Below, one piece after another: positions 17,027-26,988 of a stretch of DNA of 58,186 nucleotides. The notes beneath the pieces were generated by a model that saw only the letters and a list, made by a program, of their open reading frames with translations, was not told the DNA's origin and ran no database searches. The position numbers and the translations under genes are program-made. Each line of letters begins with the position of its first letter. Position 1 is the stretch's first letter. The stretch is from Patescibacteria group bacterium (lineage in GTDB: Bacteria > Krumholzibacteriota > Krumholzibacteriia > Krumholzibacteriales > Krumholzibacteriaceae), in NCBI GenBank assembly GCA_035529435.1, contig DATKWS010000091.1:1-58186 (forward strand), given 5' to 3'.

Positions 17027-17305
17027 ATGACGAAAGCGGAGATTGTGGAGAACATATCCAGCAGGACCGGATTGACAAAAAAGGAAGTCGCGGAGGCGGT
17101 CGATCAGTTTCTGGCTTGCATATCCAAGGGACTTGCCGAGGGTAAGCATTACGAGATCCGCGGCTTCGGAACATTCAAGGTGAAGGCTCGAAAGGCCCGG
17201 ATGGCGAGGAATCCGAGAACGGGCGAGCCGGTTCCCGTCCCTGATCGAAAGGTGCCTGTCTTCAAGGTATCGCGGGAGCTGAAAGAGCTTGTAGCCCAAT
17301 CCTGA
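17027..17305 (+). CDS. hup: HU/IHF-family DNA-binding protein
   Basis: 'MTKAEIVENISSRTGLTKKEVAEAVD...IRGFGTFKVKARKARMARNPRTGEPVPVPDRKVPVFK'. AAAGGAGG sits 8 nt upstream of ATG 17027; the longer track ORF from 16970 is rejected. Confidence 0.9.
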   Translation: MTKAEIVENISSRTGLTKKEVAEAVDQFLACISKGLAEGKHYEIRGFGTFKVKARKARMARNPRTGEPVPVPDRKVPVFKVSRELKELVAQS

Positions 17306-17413
17306 TTTTCCGATCCACTGCATTTCGATCGATGCCAGCGCCTCTTCACGCATGCGTGGGAGAAGGGGGGAGTGTATCCGTGAAGATTCGGTGGACAGAG
17401 GAGAGGGTGATTT

Positions 17414-18454
17414 TTGGTCGGTAGAATCATAGACCTCAGAAGCGATACGGTCACCAGACCGTCCCCCGGCATGCGGCGGGCCATCGCGGAGGCCGTGGTC
17501 GGGGACGATGTGCTCGGCGACGATCCGACGGTGAACGAACTCGAGGCACGAGTGGCGAGCCTCTTCGGAAAGGATACGGCCCTGTACGTGCCGAGCGGCT
17601 CGATGTCCAACACGCTCGCGATCGTATCCCAGACGAAGCCGGGGGATGAGGTGATTCTCGACAGGAACTGTCACATCTTCAATTACGAGGCGGCGGCGGC
17701 ATCGGTTATCGGGGGCGTTCAACTGCATCCGCTGGATGGTCCGGAGGGATTTCTCCCTCTCGACCGGCTCGAGGCGGCCGTTCGCCCGATCAACGTGCAC
17801 CATCCCCACACCTCCATTATCACGGCCGAAAACACGCACAACCGTGGGGGTGGCAGGATATACCCGTTCGAGCAGCTCGAGGAGATTTCCCGTTTCGCGC
17901 GGGATCGTGAGCTGCGGTTCCACCTGGACGGCGCTCGTCTCGCCAACGCCTCGGTGGCGACCGGCATTCCGTTCGATCAGTACGCGGCCCTGGCCCATTC
18001 AATCACCTTCTGTTTCTCGAAGGGTCTCGGGGCGCCGGTGGGCTCGGTTCTCGTATCGGATGCCGACACGATCCGGCGTGCCCGGTTCTGGCGGAAGCGT
18101 CTCGGCGGCGGGATGCGGCAGGCGGGGATACTGGCGGCCGCGTGCCTGTACGCACTCGATCACAATATCGAGCGCCTGGGTGAGGATCACGAGAAGGCGA
18201 AGCGCATCGGTGCGCTGGTGGGGGCCGATACCCGCTTCAGGCTCAGGGCGCCCGTCGAGACGAATATCGTGATCTTCGAAGCGACCGAGCCGTCCTTCGA
18301 TATCGGGGCGTTCGGGCACGAGCTCGAGGCGGAGGGTGTTCTCGCCCTGACCTTCGGCGGCAGGTTCATGCGCATGGTCACCCACCTCGATATTACGTAT
18401 GAAGACATGGAGCTTCTCGATAAGATCCTGTCGCGGGTTCTGAGCTCCCGATGA
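17414..18454 (+). CDS. ltaE: Low-specificity L-threonine aldolase
   Basis: 'IDLRSDTVTRPSPGMRRAI...VGDDVLGDDPTVNELE' and the PLP-lysine motif 'FCFSKGLGAPVGSVLV'. TTG start. Confidence 0.85.
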   Translation: MVGRIIDLRSDTVTRPSPGMRRAIAEAVVGDDVLGDDPTVNELEARVASLFGKDTALYVPSGSMSNTLAIVSQTKPGDEVILDRNCHIFNYEAAAASVIGGVQLHPLDGPEGFLPLDRLEAAVRPINVHHPHTSIITAENTHNRGGGRIYPFEQLEEISRFARDRELRFHLDGARLANASVATGIPFDQYAALAHSITFCFSKGLGAPVGSVLVSDADTIRRARFWRKRLGGGMRQAGILAAACLYALDHNIERLGEDHEKAKRIGALVGADTRFRLRAPVETNIVIFEATEPSFDIGAFGHELEAEGVLALTFGGRFMRMVTHLDITYEDMELLDKILSRVLSSR

Positions 18455-19182
18455 CCGTCCGATCTTCGATCCGCGAGCATGATATGGAAAGCGTTCAGTT
18501 CTATCTGGTGAGCACCCCGATCGGTAACCTCGGGGATTGTTCCGCGCGGGCGATCGAGGCACTGGGGGCGGTCGATACCGTGTTCGCCGAGGATACGAGA
18601 AAGGCGCGCACCCTGTTCAGGCGGTACGGCATCAATACCCCGCTTCGTCCGTTCCATGATCACAACAAGGTGCGGGTCACACCCACGATCATCGCGCTCT
18701 TGAAGGAGGGCGGCCGCGCCGCGCTCATCTCGAACGCCGGCACGCCGCTGGTGTCGGATCCGGGCTACTACCTCGTGAGGCGCCTCGTCGAGGAGGAGAT
18801 TCCATTCACCGCCGTTCCCGGTCCCTGCGCGGTGATTCAGGCGCTCGTGGTATCGGGGCTTCCACCTGACCGGTTCACCTTTTTCGGTTTTCTGCCCCGC
18901 AAGCAAGGTGAGCGCGAGCGCACGCTCCGGGAAGCGGGGCAAAATCCGGGTACGTCGATATTCTTCGAGAGCCCGTTCAGGATCGTGCGAACCCTCGAAA
19001 CGATCGCGGATATCCTCGGTGACCGCGAGATTGTCGTGGCGCGCGAGCTCACAAAGCTTCATGAGGAAGTGAAACGGGGAACCGCTTCCGAGCTGGCCGT
19101 CCATTTCGGCGCCTCGAGGGTGAAAGGGGAAATCACCGTCCTCATCCGCGGCACGGGCAGAAAAGCCGCCACCGGTTCGTGA
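18451..19182 (+). CDS. rsmI: 16S rRNA (cytidine1402-2'-O)-methyltransferase
   Basis: 'LVSTPIGNLGDCSARAIEALGAVDTVFAEDTRKARTLFRRYGI...FHDHNK', typical of RsmI. 4-nt overlap with ltaE. Confidence 0.9.
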   Translation: MTVRSSIREHDMESVQFYLVSTPIGNLGDCSARAIEALGAVDTVFAEDTRKARTLFRRYGINTPLRPFHDHNKVRVTPTIIALLKEGGRAALISNAGTPLVSDPGYYLVRRLVEEEIPFTAVPGPCAVIQALVVSGLPPDRFTFFGFLPRKQGERERTLREAGQNPGTSIFFESPFRIVRTLETIADILGDREIVVARELTKLHEEVKRGTASELAVHFGASRVKGEITVLIRGTGRKAATGS

Positions 19183-19264
19183 GGTGAACGGGTCGGGCAT
19201 CGCAGGCGGGGTGTGCCGCCGAACCCACCGGTAAAATCAAACGGATCGAAGTTCGGGGAACAGC

Positions 19265-19293
19265 TTGACAGCCTCGTTCGCCCGTTACATAAT
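19265..19293 (+). promoter_or_regulatory. Near-consensus sigma70 promoter
   Basis: TTGACA (19265-19270), 17 nt, CATAAT (19288-19293). The track ORF start at 19265 is the -35 hexamer itself. Confidence 0.5.
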
Positions 19294-19327
19294 ATGCAGT
19301 CGCACATCAATAGATTGGGAATTTATT

Positions 19328-19930
19328 GTGTCCGGAAAAATTGAGATACGAGAGCGACTGCGGGGATTTCTCGATCCGATAGTGGCATTCATGTCCTACC
19401 TGGGTCTTTCGCCTCTTGCCGTCACGATCATCGGCATCGTTCTGAGCATCATCGGTGCGACATTCGTCGCGAGGGGATCGCTCCTCGCGGGAGCGGTGTT
19501 CCTCGTCGTTTCAGGGCTGTGTGACACGATCGACGGTTCCCTGGCGCGCAGGGAGGGAAGGACAACGACATTCGGCGCATTCATCGACTCCACGGGTGAT
19601 CGGATCACCGAGATGGTTTACTTCGGCGCGCTGGTATTCTACTTTATAAATGATCAACCACCGAATCTGGTCGTGGTCTTCTTCCTGCTCGCGGCGCTGG
19701 CGGGATCGTTTCTTACCAGCTACACGCGGGCGCGGGCGGAGGGGTTGGGTTTGGAATGCAGGGTCGGATGGGTCGAGAGACCCGAGCGGATTGCGCTGCT
19801 CGTACTCGGTCTCCTGCTCGGGCATACTGTATTGATCGCGATAATCGTGGTTCTCGCCTTCTTGACCGTCTTTACTTTCATACAACGGGTGTTGCATGTG
19901 AGGCGCTTGACACTTGAGAAGGACCTGTAA
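19328..19930 (+). CDS. CDP-alcohol phosphatidyltransferase family protein
   Basis: Exact family motif D-x2-DG-x2-AR-x8-G-x3-D-x3-D in 'DTIDGSLARREGRTTTFGAFIDSTGD', plus several TM helices. GTG 19328 was chosen because it lies downstream of the promoter. Confidence 0.8.
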   Translation: MSGKIEIRERLRGFLDPIVAFMSYLGLSPLAVTIIGIVLSIIGATFVARGSLLAGAVFLVVSGLCDTIDGSLARREGRTTTFGAFIDSTGDRITEMVYFGALVFYFINDQPPNLVVVFFLLAALAGSFLTSYTRARAEGLGLECRVGWVERPERIALLVLGLLLGHTVLIAIIVVLAFLTVFTFIQRVLHVRRLTLEKDL

Positions 19931-20057
19931 CAGAATCTCCGGCCTTACGCTTCATCCACGAACGGGCTTGGAACCAACACACGAGCGATCTGCGAGAGAT
20001 CATATTTCACAAAGGGATTTTCGGTGCCGGGTGAACCGGGGGAGCGTCGATTAGCGC

Positions 20058-21431
20058 ATGAAGTCCAACATCGGTTCGATTCTGAAGACATCCGTACCGA
20101 TCGTTGTTGATCTTGCCGCACAGTTCCTCATGTGGACGGTCGAGGTAACGCTCGTCGCCCGGATCGCCGCAGGTACGATGGAGCGGTTCTACCCCGGACT
20201 GGAGGCGCGCGGGGTCGATGCATTGACCGCCGTCGGAAGCATTGTTCAGATCATCCTGTGGACCTTCACGGTACTCCTCATCTTCATCTTCGGCGCCACC
20301 ATCATAATCAACCGGCTCATGGGCGAAGGAAGGAGGGACGAGGCGAACCATTTTCTCGGACAGTCGCTGTTCACGACGATGTTCCCCGCCATCGGCATCG
20401 GTGTCATCTGGTACCTTCTGGCACCCTTCATATTCGGGACGATACTGGGGACGACACCGGCGGTCACGGCGATCGGTGTTGATTACTTGCGCATCATTTC
20501 CCTGTTTGTACCGTTCGTCATCATGAATTTCGTGGCCATCAGTATCGTCCGCGGGGCCGGCGACACGCACCTCTCGATGATCACGAGTCTCCTCGTCAAC
20601 GGCATCCATCTCATCCTCGCCGTGTTGCTGATCTTCGGCATATCGGTATTTCCAGAGCTCGGTGTCCGCGGCTCGGCGTTCGCGGCCGGAATCGGGCACA
20701 CGATCGGTTTCTTCTTCACCTTCAGCGTGATTCTCCGCGGCAAAAGCGTTCTCACGTTCAAGTGGCGCGATTTCACGAGCATCCGCAGGGCGAGCATCGT
20801 CAAGGTGCTCAAAACAGGCACCCCCATCACGCTCGAACAGCTCGCCTGGATGAGCGGCATCATCATCGCCATCGGTTTCAGCAACCGCCTGGGCGCCGCC
20901 GCCGCCACGTCACACATGATCATCCTCACGTATCAGAGGCTTCTCTCAATTCTGTACCAGGCATTCGCGATCGGAGCCCTGACGCTCGTCGGGCAGAGTT
21001 ACGGGGCGAACCGGCACGATCATGCCAGCTACATGACGCGACAATTCTTCTGGATCGTGGGAGGCGTGGTTCTCCTCATATCCATTGTCATCTTCTTCAG
21101 GGTGCGGTACTTCATTATGCTCTTTACCAGCGATCCCGAGGTGTTGCGCCTGTGCGCGGGGGTGCTCAAGATAGCCGCGTTCGTGCAGGTGCCGAAGGCC
21201 CTGTCGTTTGTATACTCGTACAGCCTGCGGGGGGTCGGTGAGAACCGGTACCCGATGTACCTCGCCGTTATCGGCGTGCTGCTCTTCGAGGTGGCGTTGG
21301 GTTTCAATCTCGCGTTCACGATCGGGATGTCCCTCGCCGGGCTGTGGATCGCGCTCGGCATCGACGAGGTGTTCAAGGTCACGATGTCGATGAAGCGCTT
21401 CAACCGGCGCATCAAGCAACTCACCGCATGA
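20058..21431 (+). CDS. MATE-family efflux transporter
   Basis: 457 aa with about 12 TM helices. It has a MATE-type N-terminus 'ILKTSVPIVVDLAAQFLMWTVEVTLVARI' and an internal duplication ('VLKTGTPITLEQLAWMSG'). Confidence 0.8.
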   Translation: MKSNIGSILKTSVPIVVDLAAQFLMWTVEVTLVARIAAGTMERFYPGLEARGVDALTAVGSIVQIILWTFTVLLIFIFGATIIINRLMGEGRRDEANHFLGQSLFTTMFPAIGIGVIWYLLAPFIFGTILGTTPAVTAIGVDYLRIISLFVPFVIMNFVAISIVRGAGDTHLSMITSLLVNGIHLILAVLLIFGISVFPELGVRGSAFAAGIGHTIGFFFTFSVILRGKSVLTFKWRDFTSIRRASIVKVLKTGTPITLEQLAWMSGIIIAIGFSNRLGAAAATSHMIILTYQRLLSILYQAFAIGALTLVGQSYGANRHDHASYMTRQFFWIVGGVVLLISIVIFFRVRYFIMLFTSDPEVLRLCAGVLKIAAFVQVPKALSFVYSYSLRGVGENRYPMYLAVIGVLLFEVALGFNLAFTIGMSLAGLWIALGIDEVFKVTMSMKRFNRRIKQLTA

Positions 21432-21447
21432 CGAGGGGAGATGGGGG

Positions 21448-22098
21448 ATGAAAGGTCGTTTCATAACGTTCGAGGGTATCGAGGGGTCGGGTAAATCGAC
21501 GGTGGCCAAGGCGTTTCATGAGGCGCTGGGAGGGGCCGGGCACCGGGTGCTGCTGGCGAGGGAGCCGGGAGGTACGGAGCTGTCGGAGGCCATCAGGGAT
21601 CTCCTTCTCGATCCGGCACGCAGTGATGTCACACCCGAGACGGAGCTCCTGCTGTACCTCGCGAGCAGAGCACAGCTCGTTCGGCAGGTGATCGTCCCCG
21701 CCCTCGTGGAGGGTGTCAACGTTATTTGCGACCGTTTCATGGATGCCTCTGTCGCGTACCAGGGCTGGGCCCGTGGGCTGGGGGAGGATCTGGTGGAGCG
21801 GCTCAATGCCTTCGCGGTAGGGGGCGCCGTGCCCGACGTGACATACCTGCTCGACCTGCCGGTGGATGAGGGATTCCGCAGGGGGCCCGAGCACCGCGAG
21901 GGGGAGGGTGTACGGCGGAAGGATCGTCTCGAGCGCGAGGACCGTTTCTTCCACGAACGGGTGCGGGAGGGGTATCTCCGTCTCGCCGGGCGGGAACATG
22001 AGCGGTTCGCAGTGGTCGATGCTTCACTCCCGTTCGATGAGGTGGTGGCGCGGATAATACGGAACTTCGAGGAACGTTTCGACGTATCTATTCCATGA
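21448..22098 (+). CDS. tmk: dTMP kinase
   Basis: 'GRFITFEGIEGSGKST' P-loop, 'LAREPGGT' and 'DRFMDASVAYQG'. Confidence 0.9.
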   Translation: MKGRFITFEGIEGSGKSTVAKAFHEALGGAGHRVLLAREPGGTELSEAIRDLLLDPARSDVTPETELLLYLASRAQLVRQVIVPALVEGVNVICDRFMDASVAYQGWARGLGEDLVERLNAFAVGGAVPDVTYLLDLPVDEGFRRGPEHREGEGVRRKDRLEREDRFFHERVREGYLRLAGREHERFAVVDASLPFDEVVARIIRNFEERFDVSIP

Positions 22099-22222
22099 TA
22101 TGGAAAGGGTTTGATTCGCCGTTTCCGCAGTTACTATATTACGGGTGTACGGCGAATGGTACAGACCGGGGCGAAATGAGGCATGATTTATGTAGTGATC
22201 GGGAGTCGTACGCGAAAAACCG

Positions 22223-23821
22223 ATGCCGATTCGAAGGGAGATGTGGAAGTTCATGTTGAAATCAAAAAAGAGATTACTGGTCCTGTTGACGATCCTCGTA
22301 ACTGTCGTGGCAGTTTCCCTGTATGTCTGGGCCGAGGACAAGAAAAAGGAGAATCCACTCGCCGAGCTGGAGCGTTTCAACGAAGTACTTGTCAAGATAA
22401 AGGACTATTACGTCGAAGAGAAGAGCTACAGTGAACTGATGGATGCGGCGATTCAGGGAATGCTGAAGGAGCTCGATCCGCATTCGATCTATCTGAGCAA
22501 GCACCAGTACGAGAACCTGCTGATCGACACGAAGGGCGAATTCGGCGGCCTCGGCATCCAGATCGCGGTGCGGGACAATTACCCGACGGTGATCTCACCG
22601 ATCGAGGATACCCCCGCCTACCGGCTCGGGATACAGGCCGGAGACAGGATCATCGAGATAGAGGGCGAATCGACGAAAGGATGGATCACCGAGCAGGCCG
22701 TCTCGAAACTCAGGGGGCGGCCCGGTACCCAGGTAAACGTCACGATAGGCCGGGAGGGTACGGAGGATTCCCTCCACTATACGATCACCCGCGAGATCAT
22801 ACAGGTGCCGAGCATCACCTACAGCGACGTGATCGGAGATGTGGGGTACGTGCGGATCGCGCGCTTTTCGGAAAGTACCGCGAGCGAGCTCAACGAGATA
22901 CTGAACGACTTCGACAAGCGGGTGATGGACGGACTCGTTCTGGACCTTCGCTGGAATCCGGGTGGTCTGCTCACCGCCGCCTGCGAAGTCGCGGACCTGT
23001 TTCTCGACGAGAAGAAGCTGATCGTCTACACCGAGAGCCGGATCCCGGAGCACCAGCAGAAATTTTATTCCAGCCAGAACAACTTCCACAGCGGCTACCC
23101 GATCGTCGTCCTCGCCAACGGCGCGAGCGCTTCGGCATCCGAGATCGTCGCCGGCGCCTTGCAGGATTTGGATCGCGCGGCGATCGTGGGACAGACGACG
23201 TTCGGCAAGGGATCGGTGCAGACCGTGTTTCGCATCGGAGATTCCGCCGCCCTGAAGCTCACGACACAGAAATACTTCACGCCGAGCGGCCGGAGCATCC
23301 ACCGGGACGAAGTCGCCGAGACGCCGGAGGAACCGGAGATCGCCGACAAGGAGCTCAAGGAGGAGTATCACACGGCGAACGGGCGGATCGTGTACGGCGG
23401 GGGCGGCATCACCCCTGACTGGGAGCTCGCGCTGCCCGAATACACCGATGTGCAGCGGCGCCTCGATCGAAGGGGCATCTTCTTCTCGTTCGCCGTTCAT
23501 TACACGGCGTACAACGATGCCGGTGAGAACTTCACGGTTGATGATTCCGTCATGAAGGAGTTCAGGAGCTTTATCGCATCGAATGAGATCGAGGTGAAGG
23601 ACGAGGAGTGGAACGAGCATAACACGCAGTATGTCAAGGAAGGCATAAAGCGCGAGGTATTCCGCAAACTCATGGGATCGAAGGGCGCCTACATCGCGAC
23701 CATTCCGGTGGATGAAGAGCTGAACATGGTGCTCGACCTGTTCCGGCAGACCGAGACGCTCGAGGAGATGTTCAACTATATCCAGCAGAAGAACGAGCTT
23801 GCCAAGACGGAGGAAAAGTGA
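22223..23821 (+). CDS. ctp: Carboxy-terminal processing peptidase, family S41 (with PDZ)
   Basis: N-terminal signal anchor, PDZ region 'GIQAGDRIIEIEG', catalytic 'NGASASASEIVAGALQD' and 'FGKGSVQ'. The start could be 22223, 22241 or 22253. Confidence 0.9.
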   Translation: MPIRREMWKFMLKSKKRLLVLLTILVTVVAVSLYVWAEDKKKENPLAELERFNEVLVKIKDYYVEEKSYSELMDAAIQGMLKELDPHSIYLSKHQYENLLIDTKGEFGGLGIQIAVRDNYPTVISPIEDTPAYRLGIQAGDRIIEIEGESTKGWITEQAVSKLRGRPGTQVNVTIGREGTEDSLHYTITREIIQVPSITYSDVIGDVGYVRIARFSESTASELNEILNDFDKRVMDGLVLDLRWNPGGLLTAACEVADLFLDEKKLIVYTESRIPEHQQKFYSSQNNFHSGYPIVVLANGASASASEIVAGALQDLDRAAIVGQTTFGKGSVQTVFRIGDSAALKLTTQKYFTPSGRSIHRDEVAETPEEPEIADKELKEEYHTANGRIVYGGGGITPDWELALPEYTDVQRRLDRRGIFFSFAVHYTAYNDAGENFTVDDSVMKEFRSFIASNEIEVKDEEWNEHNTQYVKEGIKREVFRKLMGSKGAYIATIPVDEELNMVLDLFRQTETLEEMFNYIQQKNELAKTEEK

Positions 23822-24486
23822 GCCGGAAGAAGGTCGCGATAATCTGTGACTTCGACGGCACGGTTTCCTCCCGTGACGTCGGCCACAAGTTTTTCAGTAC
23901 GTACGTTCCCGACGGGGAACGGCGGCGGGAACTCCTCGATCGCTGGAAGATCGGCCTGATCAGCTCCCGGGAGTGCCTCGAGCGGGAGATCGATCTCGTC
24001 AAGGCGGACCGCCGCGACCTCGATACCTTCATCGAGGAGGAGTCCCTCGATCCGTACTTCAAGGATTTCGTCGATTTCTGCAACCGCCGCAAGTACGAGT
24101 TTCTCATACTGAGCGACGGGCTCGATTACTACATCGACCGGCTGCTCATGAAGTTCGGACTCGGCTTTCTCGATTTCAGGGCCAACCACCTCGTTATCAA
24201 CAATGGTTCCTTCGCCGGCATCGAGTTTCCTTACTACAATCTCCTGGAGTGTACGATGTGTGGAAACTGCAAGCGGTACCACGTTGAGCAACTGATGGGG
24301 CGCGGCTATTTCAGCGTCTACGTGGGCAACGGGTACAGTGATCGCTGCCCGTCCGGGTACGCCGATCTCGTGTTGGCGAAGGGTGAGCTCCTGACGCATT
24401 GCCGGCAGGAGAATATCCCCTGCATCCCGTTCGACAACTTCCGGGATGTGGAGCGGGAGGTTACCACACGGCTCATCCTGTCGTGA
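23818..24486 (+). CDS. HAD-IB family phosphatase (MtnX-like)
   Basis: Motif I is 'IICDFDGTV'. Distal motifs are 'ILSDGLDYYI' and 'VYVGNGYSDRC'. The GTG start overlaps the ctp stop. Confidence 0.7.
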   Translation: MSRKKVAIICDFDGTVSSRDVGHKFFSTYVPDGERRRELLDRWKIGLISSRECLEREIDLVKADRRDLDTFIEEESLDPYFKDFVDFCNRRKYEFLILSDGLDYYIDRLLMKFGLGFLDFRANHLVINNGSFAGIEFPYYNLLECTMCGNCKRYHVEQLMGRGYFSVYVGNGYSDRCPSGYADLVLAKGELLTHCRQENIPCIPFDNFRDVEREVTTRLILS

Positions 24487-24498
24487 TCCGGTGCAGCA

Positions 24499-24876
24499 TT
24501 ACTCCTGCTGGAGCGCGCGCCGGTGGTGCTCATGAAGTGCGTCGGTGTAGATTCTGCTCACGAAGCCGATGAACGTGAAGATTTCCTCGTCCTCGATTGC
24601 GTCCCGCTTCTGCAGGTACCGCATCCTGTCCATCACGTCGTTCAGGTCGTTCTGCGTAACGATTTCGCTCTCGTAGCAGCTCCAGAACTTGTCGAGCGTG
24701 TAACGCAGCTCCTGCTCGTATTTCTCCCGTAGTTCGGGTGGGAGCCGCCGTGCCAACACATCTCCCGTTCCCGTGTAAACCCGTTTTGAGACCGTTCCCC
24801 TCATGACGAAAAGGATGGCGATGAGCACGATCGCAACACCCACCACGATAAATACGGCGGTCCGTCTATGATGCAT
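24499..24876 (-). CDS. Small membrane-anchored hypothetical protein
   Basis: 125 aa with one N-terminal TM helix 'TAVFIVVGVAIVLIAILFVM' and normal composition. 11-nt overlap with the upstream hydrolase gene. Confidence 0.5.
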   Translation of the reverse strand: MHHRRTAVFIVVGVAIVLIAILFVMRGTVSKRVYTGTGDVLARRLPPELREKYEQELRYTLDKFWSCYESEIVTQNDLNDVMDRMRYLQKRDAIEDEEIFTFIGFVSRIYTDALHEHHRRALQQE

Positions 24877-25789
24877 GTATCCGGCTCCTCTCTGTACCGC
24901 GGAGTGTCAGTGTGAACCAATCCCGTGTCAGGGCGATGGCCTGCCTCATTTCATCGCCCGCCCGGTGCATCGGGTGCGTGACGCCGAACGAGTGTCCGCA
25001 TCCCTCGATGATCCGGAGCTGCATGTTCTCCCTGCGGTTGCAATGCAGCAGCTCGAGTGTCTCGCCCAGCGTGACCGCCGCATCACGCCGACAGTGAACC
25101 ATGAGATGGGGAATACGGAGCGATGACGCCAGTCCGGGAATGTCGAGATCCCCCCAGTTGGCCACGATATCCTCGTAGTACGAGTAATCAAGTCTGAGCG
25201 GCCCCGCGGCGCGGTCGTCATGGAATACCAGTTTCCCCTCGCACTTCCAGAGCTCCTTGCGCCGCGTTGAGTAGCGGTCGAGCCGTGATGGCGTGGCCCA
25301 GGTCACCAGCGATTCGATCTCATCGAATCTGGCCGCGACGATCAGAGCCACCGCGGCGCCGCGGCTGTATCCGAAGAGTCCCCAACGGCAGGTCTCCTCG
25401 ACGGCGACCGGCAGCCCGCCGCCGCGAATGTACCGGCACACATTCACAAGGTCATCGACCTCCCGGCTCACCGTATTGCGCGCGAACTCCTCCGGGCGGG
25501 TGATCAATCCCGTTTCTTCGTTGATGCCGTTCATCGAGAAACTCATGGTGAGCACGTGAAATCCCGACGCGGCGAGTTGCTCCGAGAGAAAGGGAAAGAA
25601 ACCCCATCGCTTGTATCCCAGGAATCCGTGGCAGGTGATTACGAGCGGCAGGGTCCGCTGCGGCATACAGGTGTGGAGATCGGCCATGATCGGACGGGTC
25701 GTACCGTTATCGATCGTTATCTCGGTAATGGTGGTGTCTCTCCGTCGCATTCGCCGCGCCTCACTTCTCGAGGGCCCCCCGGTCCCCAT
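24866..25789 (-). CDS. Alpha/beta-fold hydrolase
   Basis: Nucleophile elbow 'GYSRGAA' (GxSxG) and a C-terminal 'GCGHSF' His motif. Confidence 0.75.
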   Translation of the reverse strand: MGTGGPSRSEARRMRRRDTTITEITIDNGTTRPIMADLHTCMPQRTLPLVITCHGFLGYKRWGFFPFLSEQLAASGFHVLTMSFSMNGINEETGLITRPEEFARNTVSREVDDLVNVCRYIRGGGLPVAVEETCRWGLFGYSRGAAVALIVAARFDEIESLVTWATPSRLDRYSTRRKELWKCEGKLVFHDDRAAGPLRLDYSYYEDIVANWGDLDIPGLASSLRIPHLMVHCRRDAAVTLGETLELLHCNRRENMQLRIIEGCGHSFGVTHPMHRAGDEMRQAIALTRDWFTLTLRGTERSRIHAS

Positions 25790-25986
25790 AGGGGTACCAT
25801 AGAGAAAAAACGGCCGGGAGTCAAATGTAACGACTTCCGGGACGCGGGCGATGCGGGGGTAGGCCGCCCTCCCCTCTTCAATGACGACCTTGCAATGTCA
25901 ATGTCCGTGCCGTATTATATTTTCACCGTCCCTGCGGTAATGGTGAACGTGGAGTTGGTTTCCCCCGGGACCCGTGAGGAGCGGCT

Positions 25987-26988
25987 GTGTTCGAGCGTTT
26001 CCGGAACGATACGGCGGATGGCCCGGCGCGGACATTGATCGGTCTGGCCCCGATGGCCGGTTACTCCGATGCGCCGTTTCGCCTCGCGTGTGCGTCGTTC
26101 GGTGCCGATTTCGCCGTCACCGAGATGGTGAGCGCGGACGGTTTGGTGCGCACCGGCGAGAAGACGCGGTTTCTCCTCGGCCGGCTCGACGGCGAGGCAC
26201 CGCTCGGCGTTCAGCTGTTCGGCGCCGATCCCGGGACGATGGCGCGGGCCGCTTCAATCGTCGCAACGTCGGATCCCGCATGGATCGATATAAATTTCGG
26301 CTGCCCCGTGCGGAAGGTGATCAGGAAAAACGGCGGGGTGGCCATGATGCGGGACCTTCCCCTGATGGGAAGGATAGCGGCAGCCGTGGTGCGTGCGGTC
26401 GCCATCCCCGTCACGGTCAAGATCCGGAGCGGGTGGAGCGCGCGCGAAGAGAACTATCTCGAGGCGGGTCGTGTATGCGAGGAGAGCGGTGTCTCGGCCG
26501 TTACCCTCCACCCGCGGTACAAGACGCAGGGTTTTTCCGGTGACGCGCATTGGGAGCATATCGCCGAGCTCGTGCACCACCTCTCGATTCCCGTCGTGGC
26601 GAACGGCGATGTATGGACGGTCGGGGATTTCGGGGAGATCGTGCGCATCACGGGATGCAGGATCGTGATGGTGGGCCGGGGGGCCCTCGGCCGCCCCTGG
26701 CTCTTCGAACAGATCAGGGATCGCGAGGCGGGGCGGGAACCGGTGGAGCCGTCATTCGCAGCGCGCGTTGATTTGCTGGAACGGCTGGTCGATATGGAAA
26801 TTTCATGGCGCGGTGAGCGCTCGGGGATCCTGGAGATGAGAAAGCACTATCGCTGGTTTCTCAAGGGGGTGCCGGGAACACGGGAGTTCCGCCTTGCGCT
26901 GTCGCGCGCAGCCACGCATCGGGACGTCCTCGGGATTCTCGATACGATGAGAAAGGAGTCCAGCAGCATATGCAAGAGACCCGCTTGA
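25987..26988 (+). CDS. dusB: tRNA-dihydrouridine synthase
   Basis: 'LAPMAGYSDAPFR', 'IDINFGCPVRKVIRKNGGVAMM' and 'VTVKIRSGW' are Dus-family motifs. Confidence 0.9.
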   Translation: MFERFRNDTADGPARTLIGLAPMAGYSDAPFRLACASFGADFAVTEMVSADGLVRTGEKTRFLLGRLDGEAPLGVQLFGADPGTMARAASIVATSDPAWIDINFGCPVRKVIRKNGGVAMMRDLPLMGRIAAAVVRAVAIPVTVKIRSGWSAREENYLEAGRVCEESGVSAVTLHPRYKTQGFSGDAHWEHIAELVHHLSIPVVANGDVWTVGDFGEIVRITGCRIVMVGRGALGRPWLFEQIRDREAGREPVEPSFAARVDLLERLVDMEISWRGERSGILEMRKHYRWFLKGVPGTREFRLALSRAATHRDVLGILDTMRKESSSICKRPA